Origin: Octopus vulgaris
Taxonomy: Eukaryota
Reading direction: 5' to 3'
Assembly (NCBI GenBank): GCA_951406725.2
Contig: CATOCA020000001.1
Span: 5,456,001 to 5,520,000 of the forward strand
DNA length: 64,000 bases
Positions 1-11,369 of the stretch are shown here, one piece after another. Every line of letters starts with the position of its first letter. The first letter of the stretch is position 1. The position numbers and the translations under genes are program-made. The notes below the pieces were generated by a model that had not been told where the DNA came from, made no database searches, and saw only the letters and a list, made by a program, of their open reading frames with translations.

Positions 1-983
1 TATTCCGCCTGCTGTTAAGTTCTGTGTTCAGAAATACACCGAGGATGACATTGCCTTTTATTCTTTCGGAGTCGATAAATTAAGTACCAGTTACGCACTG
101 GCGTCGATATAATCGACTTAATCCGTTTGTCTGTCCTTGTTTATCCTCTCTGTGTTTAGCCCCTTGTGGGTAGTAAAGAAATAGGTATTCCGCCTGCTGT
201 TACGTTCTGAGTTCAAAAATACACCGAGGTCGACATTGCCTTTTATTCTTTCGGAGTCGATAAATTAAGTACCAGTTACGCACTGGTTTCGATATAATCT
301 ACTTAATCCGTTTGTCTGTCCTTGTTTATCCTCTCTGTGTTTAGCCCCTTGTGGGTAGTAAAGAAATAGGTATTCCGCCTGCTGTTACGTTCTGAGTTCA
401 AAAATACACCGAGGTCGACATTGCCTTTTATTCTTTCGGAGTCGATTGAATAAGTACCAGTTACGCACTGGTTTCGATATAATCTACTTAATCCGTTTGT
501 CTGTCCTTGTTTATCCTCTCTGTGTTTAGCCCCTTGTGGGTAGTAAAGAAATAGGTATTCCGCCTGCTGTTACGTTCTGAGTTCAAAAATACACCGAGGT
601 CGACATTGCCTTTTATTCTTTCGGAGTCGATTGAATAAGTACCAGTTACGCACTGGTTTCGATATAATCTACTTAATCCGTTTGTCTATCTTTATTTGTC
701 CTCTCTTCGTTTAGCCCCTTGTGGGTAGAAAGAAATAGGTATTCCGTCTGCTGTTACGTTCTGAGTTCCAATTCTGCCGAGTTCGACTTTGCCTTTTATA
801 ATTTCGGGGTCGATAAATTAAGTACCAGTTACGCACTGGGGTCGATGTAATCCACTTAATCCGTTTGTCTGTCTTTATTTGTCCCCTCTGTGTTTAGCTC
901 CTTGTGGGTAGTAAAGAAATAGGTATTCCGTCTGCTGTTACCTTCTGAGTTCAAATTCCGCCGGAGTCGACTTTGCCTTTTAT
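1..983 (+). repeat. Tandem array (~185-bp unit, ~5.3 copies) of 5'-truncated SINE family A units
   Basis: The unit start TATTCCG(C/T)CTGCTGTTA recurs at 1, 186, 371, 556, 740 and 924. Each unit has the B-box-like GAGTTCAAA, the central GCCTTT(T/C)ATYCTTTCGGRGTCGATAAATTAAGTACC and the tail CCCCTTGTGGGTAGTAAAGAAATA. Confidence 0.9.
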
Positions 984-1567
984 CTGAGTGACATCTCCGT
1001 GTGTGTGCAAGTGTATGTGTAAGTGTGTATATCTATGTATACGCTTATATATTGGTGCGCATGCATGTATGTACGCACACCCCTGTTAAATGAAAGAATA
1101 GCCTCATGTCTTATTCTCTCGCAAAGCTTTCCGGCTTTTCAAAGAAAATATATTCAACACAATCAACTATTCATAGTGTGGGAAAGTTTGTTTCAAGCCG
1201 GGCGAACCTAATACAATAAAAGAATGCGTCTAAATGTGCAGCAGACGGTGTTCACATGTTGATGCATGTGCGCAGACGAAACTGCTTGGTTCGAAGCGAG
1301 AGAATATCGAATAAATAAAAGAATAAATTAGAATGAACTAGAAAACCTTCGCCAAGTAGCTTATTTCCACCCATTAGCATGAATGCCTAAAATCGCCCAA
1401 TTTCTCAGACAAGCATATAACCTCCTTGGCGGGGGTAAAAAAAAAATTAATACAGTCATATGATTAAAAAAAAAATCCTTTAAAAACAGGAATCATCTGA
1501 ATCAGTTTTTATACATCAATGATAAGAGGAAACTAGTTTAACCATACAACTTGATTTTTTAAAAAAC

Positions 1568-1883
1568 TTTTTTACTTGTTTGAGGCATTTGGCTGCGGCC
1601 ATGCTAGAGCACCGCCTTAAACAAGCAAATCACCCCAGGACATATTCTTTGTAAGAATAGTACTTATTCTATCGGTCACATTTGCTGAACCGCTAGGTTA
1701 TGAGGACGTAAACACACCAGCATCTGTTGTCAAGCGATGTTAGGGGGAACAAACACAGACAAGGCTTTGGTCGGCCTGAGGTTATAGCAGAAGACACTTG
1801 CCCAATGTGCCACGCGGTGGGACTGAACCCGGAACCATGTGGTTGGTAAGCAAGCTACTTACCACACAGCCACTCCTGCGCCT
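1568..1883 (-). mobile_element. tRNA-derived SINE family B (CORE-like, cf. octopus OR2), internally deleted
   Basis: Reverse strand: AGGCGCAGGAGTGGCTGTGTGGTAAG...GGGTTCAGTCCCAC...TGGGCAAGTGTCTTC...TCAAACAAGTAAAA. Many homologous copies occur in the window. Confidence 0.85.
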
Positions 1884-1919
1884 AAAAAGAAACAACAATT
1901 ACCTAAAAGTTGAGTGATA

Positions 1920-2180
1920 CACACACAGCCACCTGCACCACCACCATATCACATTCACCACCACCAGCCACCACCACCACCACAACTATCCTACCACTAT
2001 CACCACCATTCACCACCACCACCATATCACATTCACCACCACAACTATCCTACCACGACCACCACCATCAGCAGCAGCATTGTCATGGCTTCCACTTCAA
2101 CCACATACACCGCCATCAACGTTATAATGACGGTTACCTTGTCAGTCACTTTCACCACCACAACCTTATAACCACTGCAA
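1920..2180. repeat. (CAC/CAT)n low-complexity triplet repeat
   Basis: CACCAC runs with an internally duplicated ACCACCATATCACATTCACCACCAC. Confidence 0.85.
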
Positions 2181-2406
2181 TACCTATTTCTTTACTACCC
2201 ACAAGGGGCTAAACACAGAGGGCTAAACAAGGACAGACAAACGGATTAAGTCGATTACATCGACCCCAGTGCGTAACTGGTACTTATTTAATCGACTCCG
2301 AAAGGATGAAAGACAAAGCTGACCTCGGCGGAATTTGAACTCAGAACGTAACGGCAGACGCAATACGGCTACGCATTTCGCCCTGCGTGCTAACGATTCT
2401 GCCAGC
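2181..2406 (-). mobile_element. SINE family A (tRNA head + Deu/Nin-like central domain)
   Basis: Reverse complement GCTGGCAGAATCGTTAGCACGC...GAGTTCAAATTCCGCCGAGG...GGGTAGTAAAGAAATAGGTA. The central-domain naming is from recollection. Confidence 0.85.
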
Positions 2407-2574
2407 ATTACCACCATCACCTCAGCATCATACATCACACCGCTCCTGTCGCCAATCTAACCATCGATACTATTTTATCCTCCATACTTATCTCGACCAT
2501 CGTCATCATCAACACTGTCTCTGCTTTCACCACCAATCGCCGTCAAAACTACGATCACCACAATCAGTTTCTTT

Positions 2575-2817
2575 ACACAGTTGAAAATCCATTATCCGAT
2601 ACTCATGGGACCGAGATTGTTGCAGATTTTTGATTTTTCTAATTTCGGAGTACCTTATTAAAAACAAAATTGCATCTACAAAACTGAACAGTTTGAGGAT
2701 AGAAACCAGGTCTAAACACAATCGATTATAGACATACACTCAATGTAGTTCTATATAAATATTTAATAATTTTTTTTTATACTTAAGACCGCCAGAAATG
2801 TTAAGATATCAGCCTCT
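2575..2817. mobile_element. pogo/Tigger-like MITE relic
   Basis: Start ACAGTTGAAAATCCATTATCCGA...TGGGACCGAG and internal GTCTAAACAC resemble Tigger4/MER46-type ends (recalled). The right end is degenerate. Confidence 0.45.
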
Positions 2818-2999
2818 ACCCACGTTGTCACGCTTTGATTAAAAGGTTACAGCCTAGATTAGATTACTTAGATAAGTTTCGGCCGAAGTTGACTCAGGCC
2901 ATGTCTAATTTAATAGCACCACCTGGAAAAGATACACAGTCAGCTCTGGGGAACCGTAGCCCATTCAAGCAGAGGGTTATTGTTTACAGAGGCATAACT

Positions 3000-3340
3000 G
3001 GGTGTGGGTGGTTTATCTGGTATTTGTTGGGGTAATCATCTGGGGATAGTTTGAATACCGCGAAGTCACTTTCCTCCTTTGTGTGTATTTGACACGATGT
3101 TGAAGAGAGCAGGGTCAATTGAGGTGAAATAGTTCTGTCATAGTGTTGTGATACGACACGAACATTTCTGTAGTGGACGGATGGCACGAGGGCCAAGCCT
3201 CGGACGAATTTTAAAGATGGGCAATGTTGATGAAATATTTTCCACATCATACAGATGATATAGAGCTTACAGCGGCCGTGGAGGGAGCAAAGCCTGAGCT
3301 TTTTGAGTCGATGCCAATAGTCAAGGCTTTTCATGTCATC
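3000..3340 (-). mobile_element. CR1-group LINE ORF2 C-terminal fragment
   Basis: The translation LDYWHRLKKLRLCSLHGRCKLYIICMMWKI matches the Y..RL..L.L.SL..RR post-RT region of CR1-group LINEs. Confidence 0.7.
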
Positions 3341-3350
3341 CTCCGCAGCT

Positions 3351-3636
3351 AAGAGTTCAAATTCCGCCGAGGTAGACTTTGCCTTTCATCCTTTCGGGGT
3401 CGATTAAATAAGTACCAGTTACGCACTGGGGTCGATATAATCGACTTAATCCGTTTGTCTATCCTTATTTGTCGCCTCTATGTTTAGCCCCTTGTGGGTA
3501 GTAAAGAAATAGGTATTTCGTCTACCGTTAAGTTCTGAGTTCAAATTCCGCCGAGGTCGATTTTGCCTTTCATCATTTCGGTGTTGATAAATTAAATACC
3601 AGTTACGTACTGGGGTCGATCTAATCGACTGGACCC
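3351..3636 (+). mobile_element. SINE family A (dimeric), interrupted by the Gypsy insertion; tail resumes at 7085-7133
   Basis: It ends at CTAATCGACTGGACCC, and the expected continuation CCCC...CCAAAA...CGGGCCTTG...CCTAGAATAGAAAAGAATATT lies right after the 3' LTR. Confidence 0.85.
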
Positions 3637-3925
3637 TGTGGGATGAAGTCAACAGCTGGGGAGCTGATCGGAACTTGGGAGCTGACCGGAACTTGGGAGC
3701 TGACCGGAAGAGGTAAGGTGCAGGAGTGACGCGCGCGCAGGCAAGGGACGATCGGGGTAACCGACAGTGCTGAACGTGTGAGCGCTTCGACAAGGTAAGG
3801 GAAAAGCAGCTGCTATTTTTAGCGTTCGGATCGGGCCACGTGGACGGATGCGTTACCACCGGGGAGTTCTGCGTTGTCGAAGAGAAGGTAGGTGTCTTTA
3901 CTTCTAATTTCCCGCTTACACCACA
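3637..3925 (+). repeat. 5' LTR (may extend to the CCACA at 3945)
   Basis: TGTGG...CCACA inverted termini; alignable to 6845-7084. Confidence 0.75.
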
Positions 3926-3960
3926 CGCTATTTCGGCACTCCACATACGTCGTCAACACG

Positions 3961-6620
3961 ATGGCAGCTAAAATCAGAATCGCCAGCGACGTTATCAGAC
4001 CATCTAATGATGAGGGCGATGTAGTGGCCTGGATGCGTAAAATTAGGATTGTGGCGAGATTGCAGGGCATTAGCGATGTGGCCAGCCTTATGGCACTCTG
4101 TTTGGAAGGGAGCACGTTGACTCTAGATACGGGTTGCACGACCAGCCTCGGGAATTCAAGGGTGACGAAGAAATGGAATGGGGCAAGTAGCGTCCGGGCG
4201 GTCGACGGCAGCGAAATCCGTTGCAAAGGCAGCAGCAAGGTAGAGATAGAGGTGCGAGGCGCGACGCTAAGGCTGCAGGTAATTGTGGTTGAACGCGTAA
4301 TAGACGGGGTTGATGTGGTGATGGGGGTGGACGCTATCAACCGCCTCGGTGGCGTCAGTATTGTAGAGATGAGATCACGTTCGGAAGTGTGGGGGTGTCG
4401 TGCGCTGTGAGTCAGGGTCGCCATAGAAAGCAGAGCCCCGCGAGGGACTGCGCCACTTACACCATCGAGGACAAGGATTTTCAGGCGGCATTCGATGGTC
4501 AGCGGTGGACGATAGAGTGGTGATGGAAAGACGAGCCCCCGATGCTGAAGAACAGGGTGAGCTGCTACCAGCGTACCCTGAACGGTCACGCCAGGCTTGA
4601 GTTCGAAGACGAGATAGAGAGGTGGATCGAGGAAGGAGTCGTTGCTCCGTGGGAGGAGGAGGTAGTGGGCGGAGTGCTACCTCTTAGGCGGTGGTGCAGC
4701 CGACGAAGGGAAAAGTCAGACTAGTGCTGGACTTTAGAGAGCTAAACGCGAATATATCGTTCCACACGGGTGGCAAGGCAACCGACGTTTGTGGCGAGGT
4801 GTTATGTGTGTGGAGACAGTCGACCAAGGCAGCGACGATTGTTGACTTGAAATCGGCATACTTGCAGCTCCATGTAAGCGACAAACTGTCGCGATATCAG
4901 ATGGTGCGGTACAAGGGCATGGCGTACTGTTTAACTAGGTTGGGTTTCGGACTGAATTCCGCTCCGAAGATCATGGCGGCAGTGTTTAAGTCCGTCCTAG
5001 GGAAGGAGGACAAGATTAGAAAGGACACCAGTTCCTACATAGACAACATTTTGGTGGACAAAACTGTAGTGCCAGCCAACGAGGTAGTGAGACATCTGGA
5101 GAAGTTCGGACTGATTGCGAAACCACCGGAGTCGATGGAAGGGGGAGTTGCACTGGGGCTGAAGCTGCGAAGAGATAGATCGAGAGAGTTGGTGTCCCGA
5201 AAAGGAAATGAAATCCCAAAGCTGAGTTCCAGCGTCAGCAGGAGAGAGCTGTTCTCGGTGTGTGGGAAGTCGGTCGGTCACTACTCGATCGCTAGATGGC
5301 TGCACACAGCGTGCAGTTATATCAAGAGACGGGCGGAAGGGGAGAGTTAAGGCAACAAGGTGGCGATGATGTGGGAAATCCTAGAGAGGACGAGAGCGGA
5401 AGACCCGGTCAGGGGGAACTGGTATGTGCCCAAACGGAATACGGGACCGTCTGGTGTGAGGATAGCAGTATAGCGATAGGGGTTGTGTTGGAGATCGAAG
5501 GCACTGAGGTGGAGGTCGCGGCCTGGCTTCGGAAAGCAGACGGCTTTAACCACACCAATGTTACCGAATTAGACTAGATGCTGAAGGGGGTGAACTTAGC
5601 CCTTTAAAGGGGGCTGCGGTCAATCGAAATCCGGCCACTATGCTTGGCTGGGTAGGATCGGTGCTCATCGGTGAGAGAAGAGATCGGACGAAAGGTGCCG
5701 CGGAGATGTTGGTGAAGCGACGTCTAGGAGATCTAGGAGAATTGATTGCCGAGTTCGGACTGAAGCTAAACGTGGTTTTCGTGCCTTCCAAGAGAAACAG
5801 GGCAGACGCACTGACCAGGGTGAAAAGGGCGTGGTTGGAGGAGCCGGAGGAGGCACAGAAAGGGATAGCTGCGGCGTGTCGGTTGGGTGACTCCGAACTG
5901 AAGAGACTGCACGCTATGCATCACTTAGGTGTGAACAGGATCCAATATCTTGCGAAGATGATTGATGCTGACGTCACTAGGAGAAGCACCCGGAAAGTGG
6001 TCGGGAGCCGCGACTAGTGTCAGCCCATTGACCCTGCTCCGTGTGAGCATCAGCAAGGAAACCTTTCGGTGGAGCACAACTGGAAGTGACTTGCTGTGGT
6101 TGTGACGCATTAACGACAGGGAAAGTATCTCTCCATGGTCGACTGCAGTCCGGGCTAGCTGGCCATTTGGAGGGAGTTGAGGACGGGCATTACTGACGAG
6201 ATTGCGCAGATTTTGAACGGGATATTTTTAGAGAGAGGGCCCGTGGAAGAACTGCTAATGGACAACGGGGCGGCGTTTCGTTCGGAAGCGTTGAGGGATA
6301 TGCTCAGACGGCGAAAATTGCATCGCTTGTTCAGAGCAGTATATAGGCCGAACAGTAACGGAATCGTGGAGAGGAACCATCGGACAGTCAAGGTCATAGC
6401 GGAAAGAGGACACATTTCGCCGCTGGAAGCAGTTTTCTGGTACAACATGTCTCTCCGATCCGGAAAAGCTGAAGAATCCGTGCCACACAGAGCGCTATTT
6501 AAATACGAATGGAGGCATCGAGTAAAGCGGCGGAGTGTCACGAAGAAGAGAAGAGACACGCCTGCGTGAAAATAGGGGAGGAAGTCTGGGTTAAGCCACC
6601 GAAGGCGCGCTGTACGTATC
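3961..6620 (+). pseudogene. pol: Gypsy gag-pol, frameshifted, with most of gag deleted
   Basis: The gag N-terminus joins the protease motif LDTGC. RT motifs: VLDFRELN, VDLKSAYLQL, GFGLNSAP, YIDN. RNase H: VPSKRNRADALTR. Integrase: LMDNGAAF and NGIVERNHRTVK. Multiple stops and frameshifts. Confidence 0.9.
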
Positions 6621-6844
6621 AATGGAGACGGCGGTCAATTCCAGAAACAATGTCTCCGTGGATGGAATGCCGTGACATGTCTTGGACCTTCGCAGGATTG
6701 TCGCTTAGTCGGATGACGATTGTGGAGAGGAGGAGAACGAGGTGCCTAGCCCGAGAAAATCTCGACGCGCAAGGTGCCCTCCCGGTTGGATAGTGGACTT
6801 CGACGTGGAGTAGAGAGAATATGTTCTTTAAGATAAGGGTGGCG

Positions 6845-7084
6845 TGTGGGATGACGTCAGCAGCTGGGGAGCTGACCTGAAGAAGAAGGGCGCAGGGGGC
6901 CTTTTCGATTGGGGCAGCCGTCAGTGCTGGATGTGTGAGCATTCGACAAAGTAAGGGAAAGGTATGTCTTGCTTTTCTGCTGGGATGAGAACTTGAGTTA
7001 TTCCTTGCCAGTCACGTAGCAACAGGAACTGATCCGGTCTTTTGCACTGGAGCCAACCACAGGGAACCTTCCGCATACACCACA
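6845..7084 (+). repeat. 3' LTR
   Basis: TGTGGGATGACGTCAGCAGCTGGGGAGCTGACC...TTCCGCATACACCACA. Confidence 0.75.
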
Positions 7085-7661
7085 GCCCCTTACCCAAAAG
7101 CTCGGGCCTTGGGCCTAGAATAGAAAAGAATATTGAAGATGACGTAAGCATTGAGATAAAGAATGTATGTTGACAGGAATAGGAGATACGGGAAAGATAT
7201 ATTCACACGGTGTGTGGGAATACTGGATAACATCAGCATACATATACACTGCAACACACACACACACACATCCTTTAATCAAACATATACACACAGCAAT
7301 ATACACATCCACCAACAGAGACACTACAACAAAGACATTTAAACAAAGATATACACAAATATGTCCAAGTAACACCCACACATTTATAAACGTCTTTCTG
7401 CTACATTATATATAAACCAGCGACAGTTGGGAGTCTCATAATTCTCTCTGCTGTTTCAACGAACAGAACTCGCAAGACGTTAAACGGACATCAGCCTGAT
7501 ATTGAAACCTAAATATTATTGTATTTACACATTTACATCGTTAAACATTCACTACAACAATTTCAAACATAAATATACTTTTATATTGAACTTTATTTTA
7601 ATTTCATACGGTATTTTACAGACAAGAAACTGCGAAAACCTCTGGTAACAAAACATTTCAT

Positions 7662-8128
7662 TTATTTCGCTTTGGGATTTGGTTTGCAAGATTCTTTATG
7701 TGTTTTTTGTGTGTTGAAGCATATTCTGTTGTGTCTGGGGAGAGTCATCCTCTTTTGGGTGACTTATAATTTAGCGCACTCACCTGTAAAATTTCCACTT
7801 ATTTCTTTTTTATTTTTCCAAAATTTTCGTTCCGTCCTGCAACCTTTTCAAAGGTTTTGACTCTCTCTTTCATTTACATTTCCAGAATATAATATGAAAT
7901 CTAATTTGTTTATAACTATGTAAAATGATGGAAATTAAACGAAAAAAAGATTTTCCTTTATTTCGTTTTTGGATTTGGTTTGCAAGATTCTTTATGTGAG
8001 TTCGTGTATTAAAGCATATTCTGTTGTGCTTGGAGTGAGTCATCCTCTTTTATTGCCTTATAATTTCACCGGTGAGTGTGTTAAATTATAAGATACTAAA
8101 AGAGAATGACTCTCCCCAGATACCACAT
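7662..8128. repeat. Three partial copies of one interspersed repeat (two direct, third inverted)
   Basis: TTTATTTCG..TTGGATTTGGTTTGCAAGATTCTTTATGTG occurs at ~7662 and ~7958. 8069-8128 is the reverse complement of the GGGGAGAGTCAT...TTATAATTT...CACTCACC segment. Confidence 0.8.
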
Positions 8129-8814
8129 AATGGTCCTCTAATCATCCAGCATTTTAGTTAGTCTATGATGGATTCCCAATTCACAAATGAGATTTAGAAT
8201 TTGTAAATCAGTTTTATAGCTTAAAAATTCATTGGTTATTTTTTATAAATTTCATTTCCGTAATGTTTGTCAGTTGAGAAAGCCCCTGCCTATAACCCTC
8301 GTTTTTTTTACATGGGTCTTTGAGAGTGGCGAGTGGGAGGAAGACAGTCCCAAAACACGAGACCCACACGAATGCATAAACAGAAAAAATTCTCTGCTAA
8401 AAGGAATCCAGGATCATGTGATCCTGTTAAAATAGGGGATAGCTTAATAGACTTATCTCGTCCCCTGAAATTACCGGCCTTGTGCCAACATTTGAAACAA
8501 ATATTTAATCTTGAATTTAAATGTAATAGTTCTGGTAATTAAAGAAGGATTGTGTGAATATAAAATGGTTTTGTGACAGCATATTGCTTTTAATCACCAT
8601 ATACACATACATACACACGCATATATGTTTATCCCAGGTTAACATGTTAACCTTTTAATGCGGGATGCATTAAATATGTTTTCTCTTCTTGAATATTATT
8701 TATCAGATGGATGACTTCTGGCAATTATTTCAAAATGCCTGGAATTATTATAAACTTTAATTATATCTAACAACGGAGATTATAAACTGCTACATGAACT
8801 AAACATTTATTTGT

Positions 8815-9110
8815 TCCTTCTCGAGCAATGCCTGGCTCATAAGGGCCGGTTTCCCAGTTTCCTTGGCGTATAGGTTCCCCACCTGGACGGGATTCCGGTC
8901 CGTCGCAGGTGAGCTTTAAAATGCAGGAGGAAAACGTGAGAGAAAGTTGTGGCGAAAGAGTCAGCAGAAGTTGGCCATTACCTTCTGCCTGGGCTGCGTG
9001 TAGCTTAGGTGTTTCGCTCATAAACACACACATCGCCCGGTCAAAGATTCGAAGCCGCGTTCGCTCGACCACGAGCCCACTGCTCTAACCACTAGGCCTT
9101 GTGCCTCCAT
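8815..9110 (-). mobile_element. tRNA-derived SINE family C variant
   Basis: Reverse strand begins GGAGGCACAAGGCCTAGTGGTTAGAGCAG (A-box-like) and contains GAGCGAAACACCTAAGCT and ACAACTTTCTCTCAC, shared with other family C copies. Confidence 0.8.
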
Positions 9111-9237
9111 AAATTAAACATGTTAGACAATGAGTGTTTGCGGGCGAGTCATGGCTGGAGTTGCTAGGTAAGAATTAAGTTGAACCCTGACAGTAGGAAA
9201 CGTAAATTTTTATATATTTTGAACAGATGTAATTGCC

Positions 9238-9745
9238 ATATTTCAAATATATTTCCTGCTTACAAAAACTATTTTAATGCTTAAATATTTCAACTTAATA
9301 AGTTGGCGAGGTGGGAGTAACAACTGGACTTGTGTCAAATTTGAACCAGTTTTGCAACTTTAAAAAATATTGGGTTGGTGCATAATTATTGCGGCGTTTT
9401 TTCAACAAATTTTATTCAACAAAAACAATAAAAATATTTATCAAAATTATCTTTAAATGACGGTCTGACCGTCTGCCAAGCAATTGAGAAGCAGTAATTG
9501 AAGTAGATGGTGAATATGCTCCGGAATAATCATTTAAAGATGTTTTTGTTAAATATCGTTATTGTTTTTGTTGAATAAAATTTGTTGAAAAAACGCCGCA
9601 ATAATTATGCACCAAACCAATAAAGTTGCAAAACTGGTTCAAATTTTAAACAAGTCCAGTTGTTACTCCCACCTCACCACCTTATTAAGTTGAAATATTA
9701 AAACATTAAAATAGTTTTTATAAGCAGAAAATATATTTGAAATAT
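9238..9745. repeat. Large inverted repeat (arms ~124 bp) with a mariner MITE at its centre
   Basis: 9238-9361 is the near-perfect reverse complement of 9622-9745. Confidence 0.9.
9368..9622 (+). mobile_element. mariner-derived MITE with TA TSD
   Basis: The TIR TTGGGTTGGTGCATAATTATTGCGG resembles Hsmar1/MADE1 ends. The interior encodes a transposase C-terminus DRLPSN*EAVIEVDGEYAPE*. Confidence 0.9.
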
Positions 9746-9859
9746 ATAATAGATAAACTTCGATATGTTTCGACCAAAGATTGGTCCAGGCCATGTCTAA
9801 CCTTATAGCAGCCACCTGGTAAATATATGCTTATAGATTGCATTTGTTATATATTATAT

Positions 9860-10060
9860 CAGTGGTTTTCAACCAGGGTTCCGCCAGTACAGTCCAGGGG
9901 TTCCGCAAGAAGTTACAAAACTGCTAAAATCGGCAGTAAATTTTAATTCTCCTGTGCAGATATGTGTGCATAAGACTATTAAATTATTGCACAGGGGTTC
10001 CTCGAACCAGTGGAATGTTTCCTTGGGGTTCCGCTCCAGCAAAAATGTTGAAAAGCACTG
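9860..10060. mobile_element. hAT (Charlie/Buster-type) MITE
   Basis: TIRs CAGTGGTTTTCAAC / GTTGAAAAGCACTG, a perfect 8-bp TSD TATTATAT on both sides, and GGGTTCCG subterminal repeats. Confidence 0.9.
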
Positions 10061-10382
10061 TATTATATATTCGAAAAATAAAATGAATAGAAATAGTTTT
10101 TCTCGTTAGGAAAGGTGACAGATAAGAGTTCCTCGCTGTATCAGGACAATTAGCCTCTAGGACAATTACGCCACTTGGTTAATTACCCCTTCTATAATAT
10201 ATTAAGAAGATTTAAATAATCATCTGATGTCCTCAGGGGTGATTCTCCTAGCAGGTGGAGGGGGGGTTATTGTCCAGGGGGGTAAATATCTTAGACCCAT
10301 TACTTACTTAAGAGCGATCATCAGACTGATGATTTAGATTTTATTATTCATTGTTTAATTAGGGGGTATTTAATTACCAACT

Positions 10383-10571
10383 AGGAGTGGCTGTGTGGTA
10401 AGTAGCTTACTTACGAACCACATGGGTCCGGGTTCAGTCCCACTGCGTGGCACCTTTGGCGAGTGTATTCTACTATAGCCTCGGGCAGACCAAATCCTTC
10501 TGAGTGGATTTGGTAGACGGAAACAGAAAGAGACCCGTCGTATATATGTATATGTATATATATCTGTGTGT

Positions 10572-10608
<37 letters not shown>

Positions 10609-10790
10609 CTTGTGTGTCTGTGTTTGTCACCTTCAATATCGCTTGACAACCGATGCTGGCGTGTTTATGTCCCCGTAACTTAGCGATTCGGTAAAAGATT
10701 TCGACAGAATAAGTCCTGGGGACGAAATGCTCGACTAAATGTGGTGCTCCATCATGGCCACAGTCAAATGACTGACACAAGTAAAAGAGT
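10383..10790 (+). mobile_element. SINE family B
   Basis: AGGAGTGGCTGTGTGGTAAG...GGATTTGGTAGACGGAAAC...(TG)n...CAGTCAAATGACTGACACAAGTAAAAGAG. Confidence 0.88.
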
Positions 10791-11011
10791 ACACGCACAC
10801 ATACAAACACTGACACACACACACATATATACCAATACATAAACAGGTATATAAAGAGACGTCTACACACCCGAAAACATGGACCTTACACATACGTACG
10901 CGCAGAGAAACACTCATACACATATATACGTATTCATTCACATAGAATCACATATATTAATATATACATGCACATATAAAAAAACGGAGTGGAGGAATAT
11001 ATATACGTATA

Positions 11012-11065
<54 letters not shown>

Positions 11066-11135
11066 TATACGTATACAAATATATGGATATATATATATAT
11101 ATATATTTGTATATAGTTATACGTATATATGAACG

Positions 11136-11195
<60 letters not shown>

Positions 11196-11199
<4 letters not shown>

Positions 11200-11303
11200 C
11201 GGGATCGACTACGCTAACGGATGTTGCTACACATCGCTGGTCACAATGCGCTTCACATTGTTTTAGCCTCCAACAGACGCCACCCCGCTGGCTAAGCGAG
11301 CAG

Positions 11304-11307
<4 letters not shown>
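11196..11307 (-). mobile_element. SINE family C 3' fragment
   Basis: Reverse complement of GGCCTGCTCGCTTAGCCAG...GCGCATTGTGACCAGCGATGTGTAGCAACATC. Confidence 0.75.

Positions 11308-11362
<55 letters not shown>

Positions 11363-11369
<7 letters not shown>

Larger units (their letters stand above)
3637..7084 (+). mobile_element. Degenerate Ty3/Gypsy LTR retrotransposon
   Basis: Related LTRs begin TGTGGGATGA at 3637 and 6845 and end CCACA. A purine-rich tract precedes the 3' LTR. Domain order is PR-RT-RH-IN. The flanks GACCC/GCCCC form an imperfect TSD. Confidence 0.93.

Noticed and set aside
1910-2212. His/Pro/Thr-rich ORFs
   Set aside because: They are open in several frames because of (CAC)n; no splice or domain evidence.
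7450-7497. Hammerhead-like CTGATGT...GAAAC on the minus strand (also near-matches at 10316-10332, 52112-52155 and 55010-55055)
   Set aside because: The core is incomplete, or there is no GAAA/UH with proper stems.
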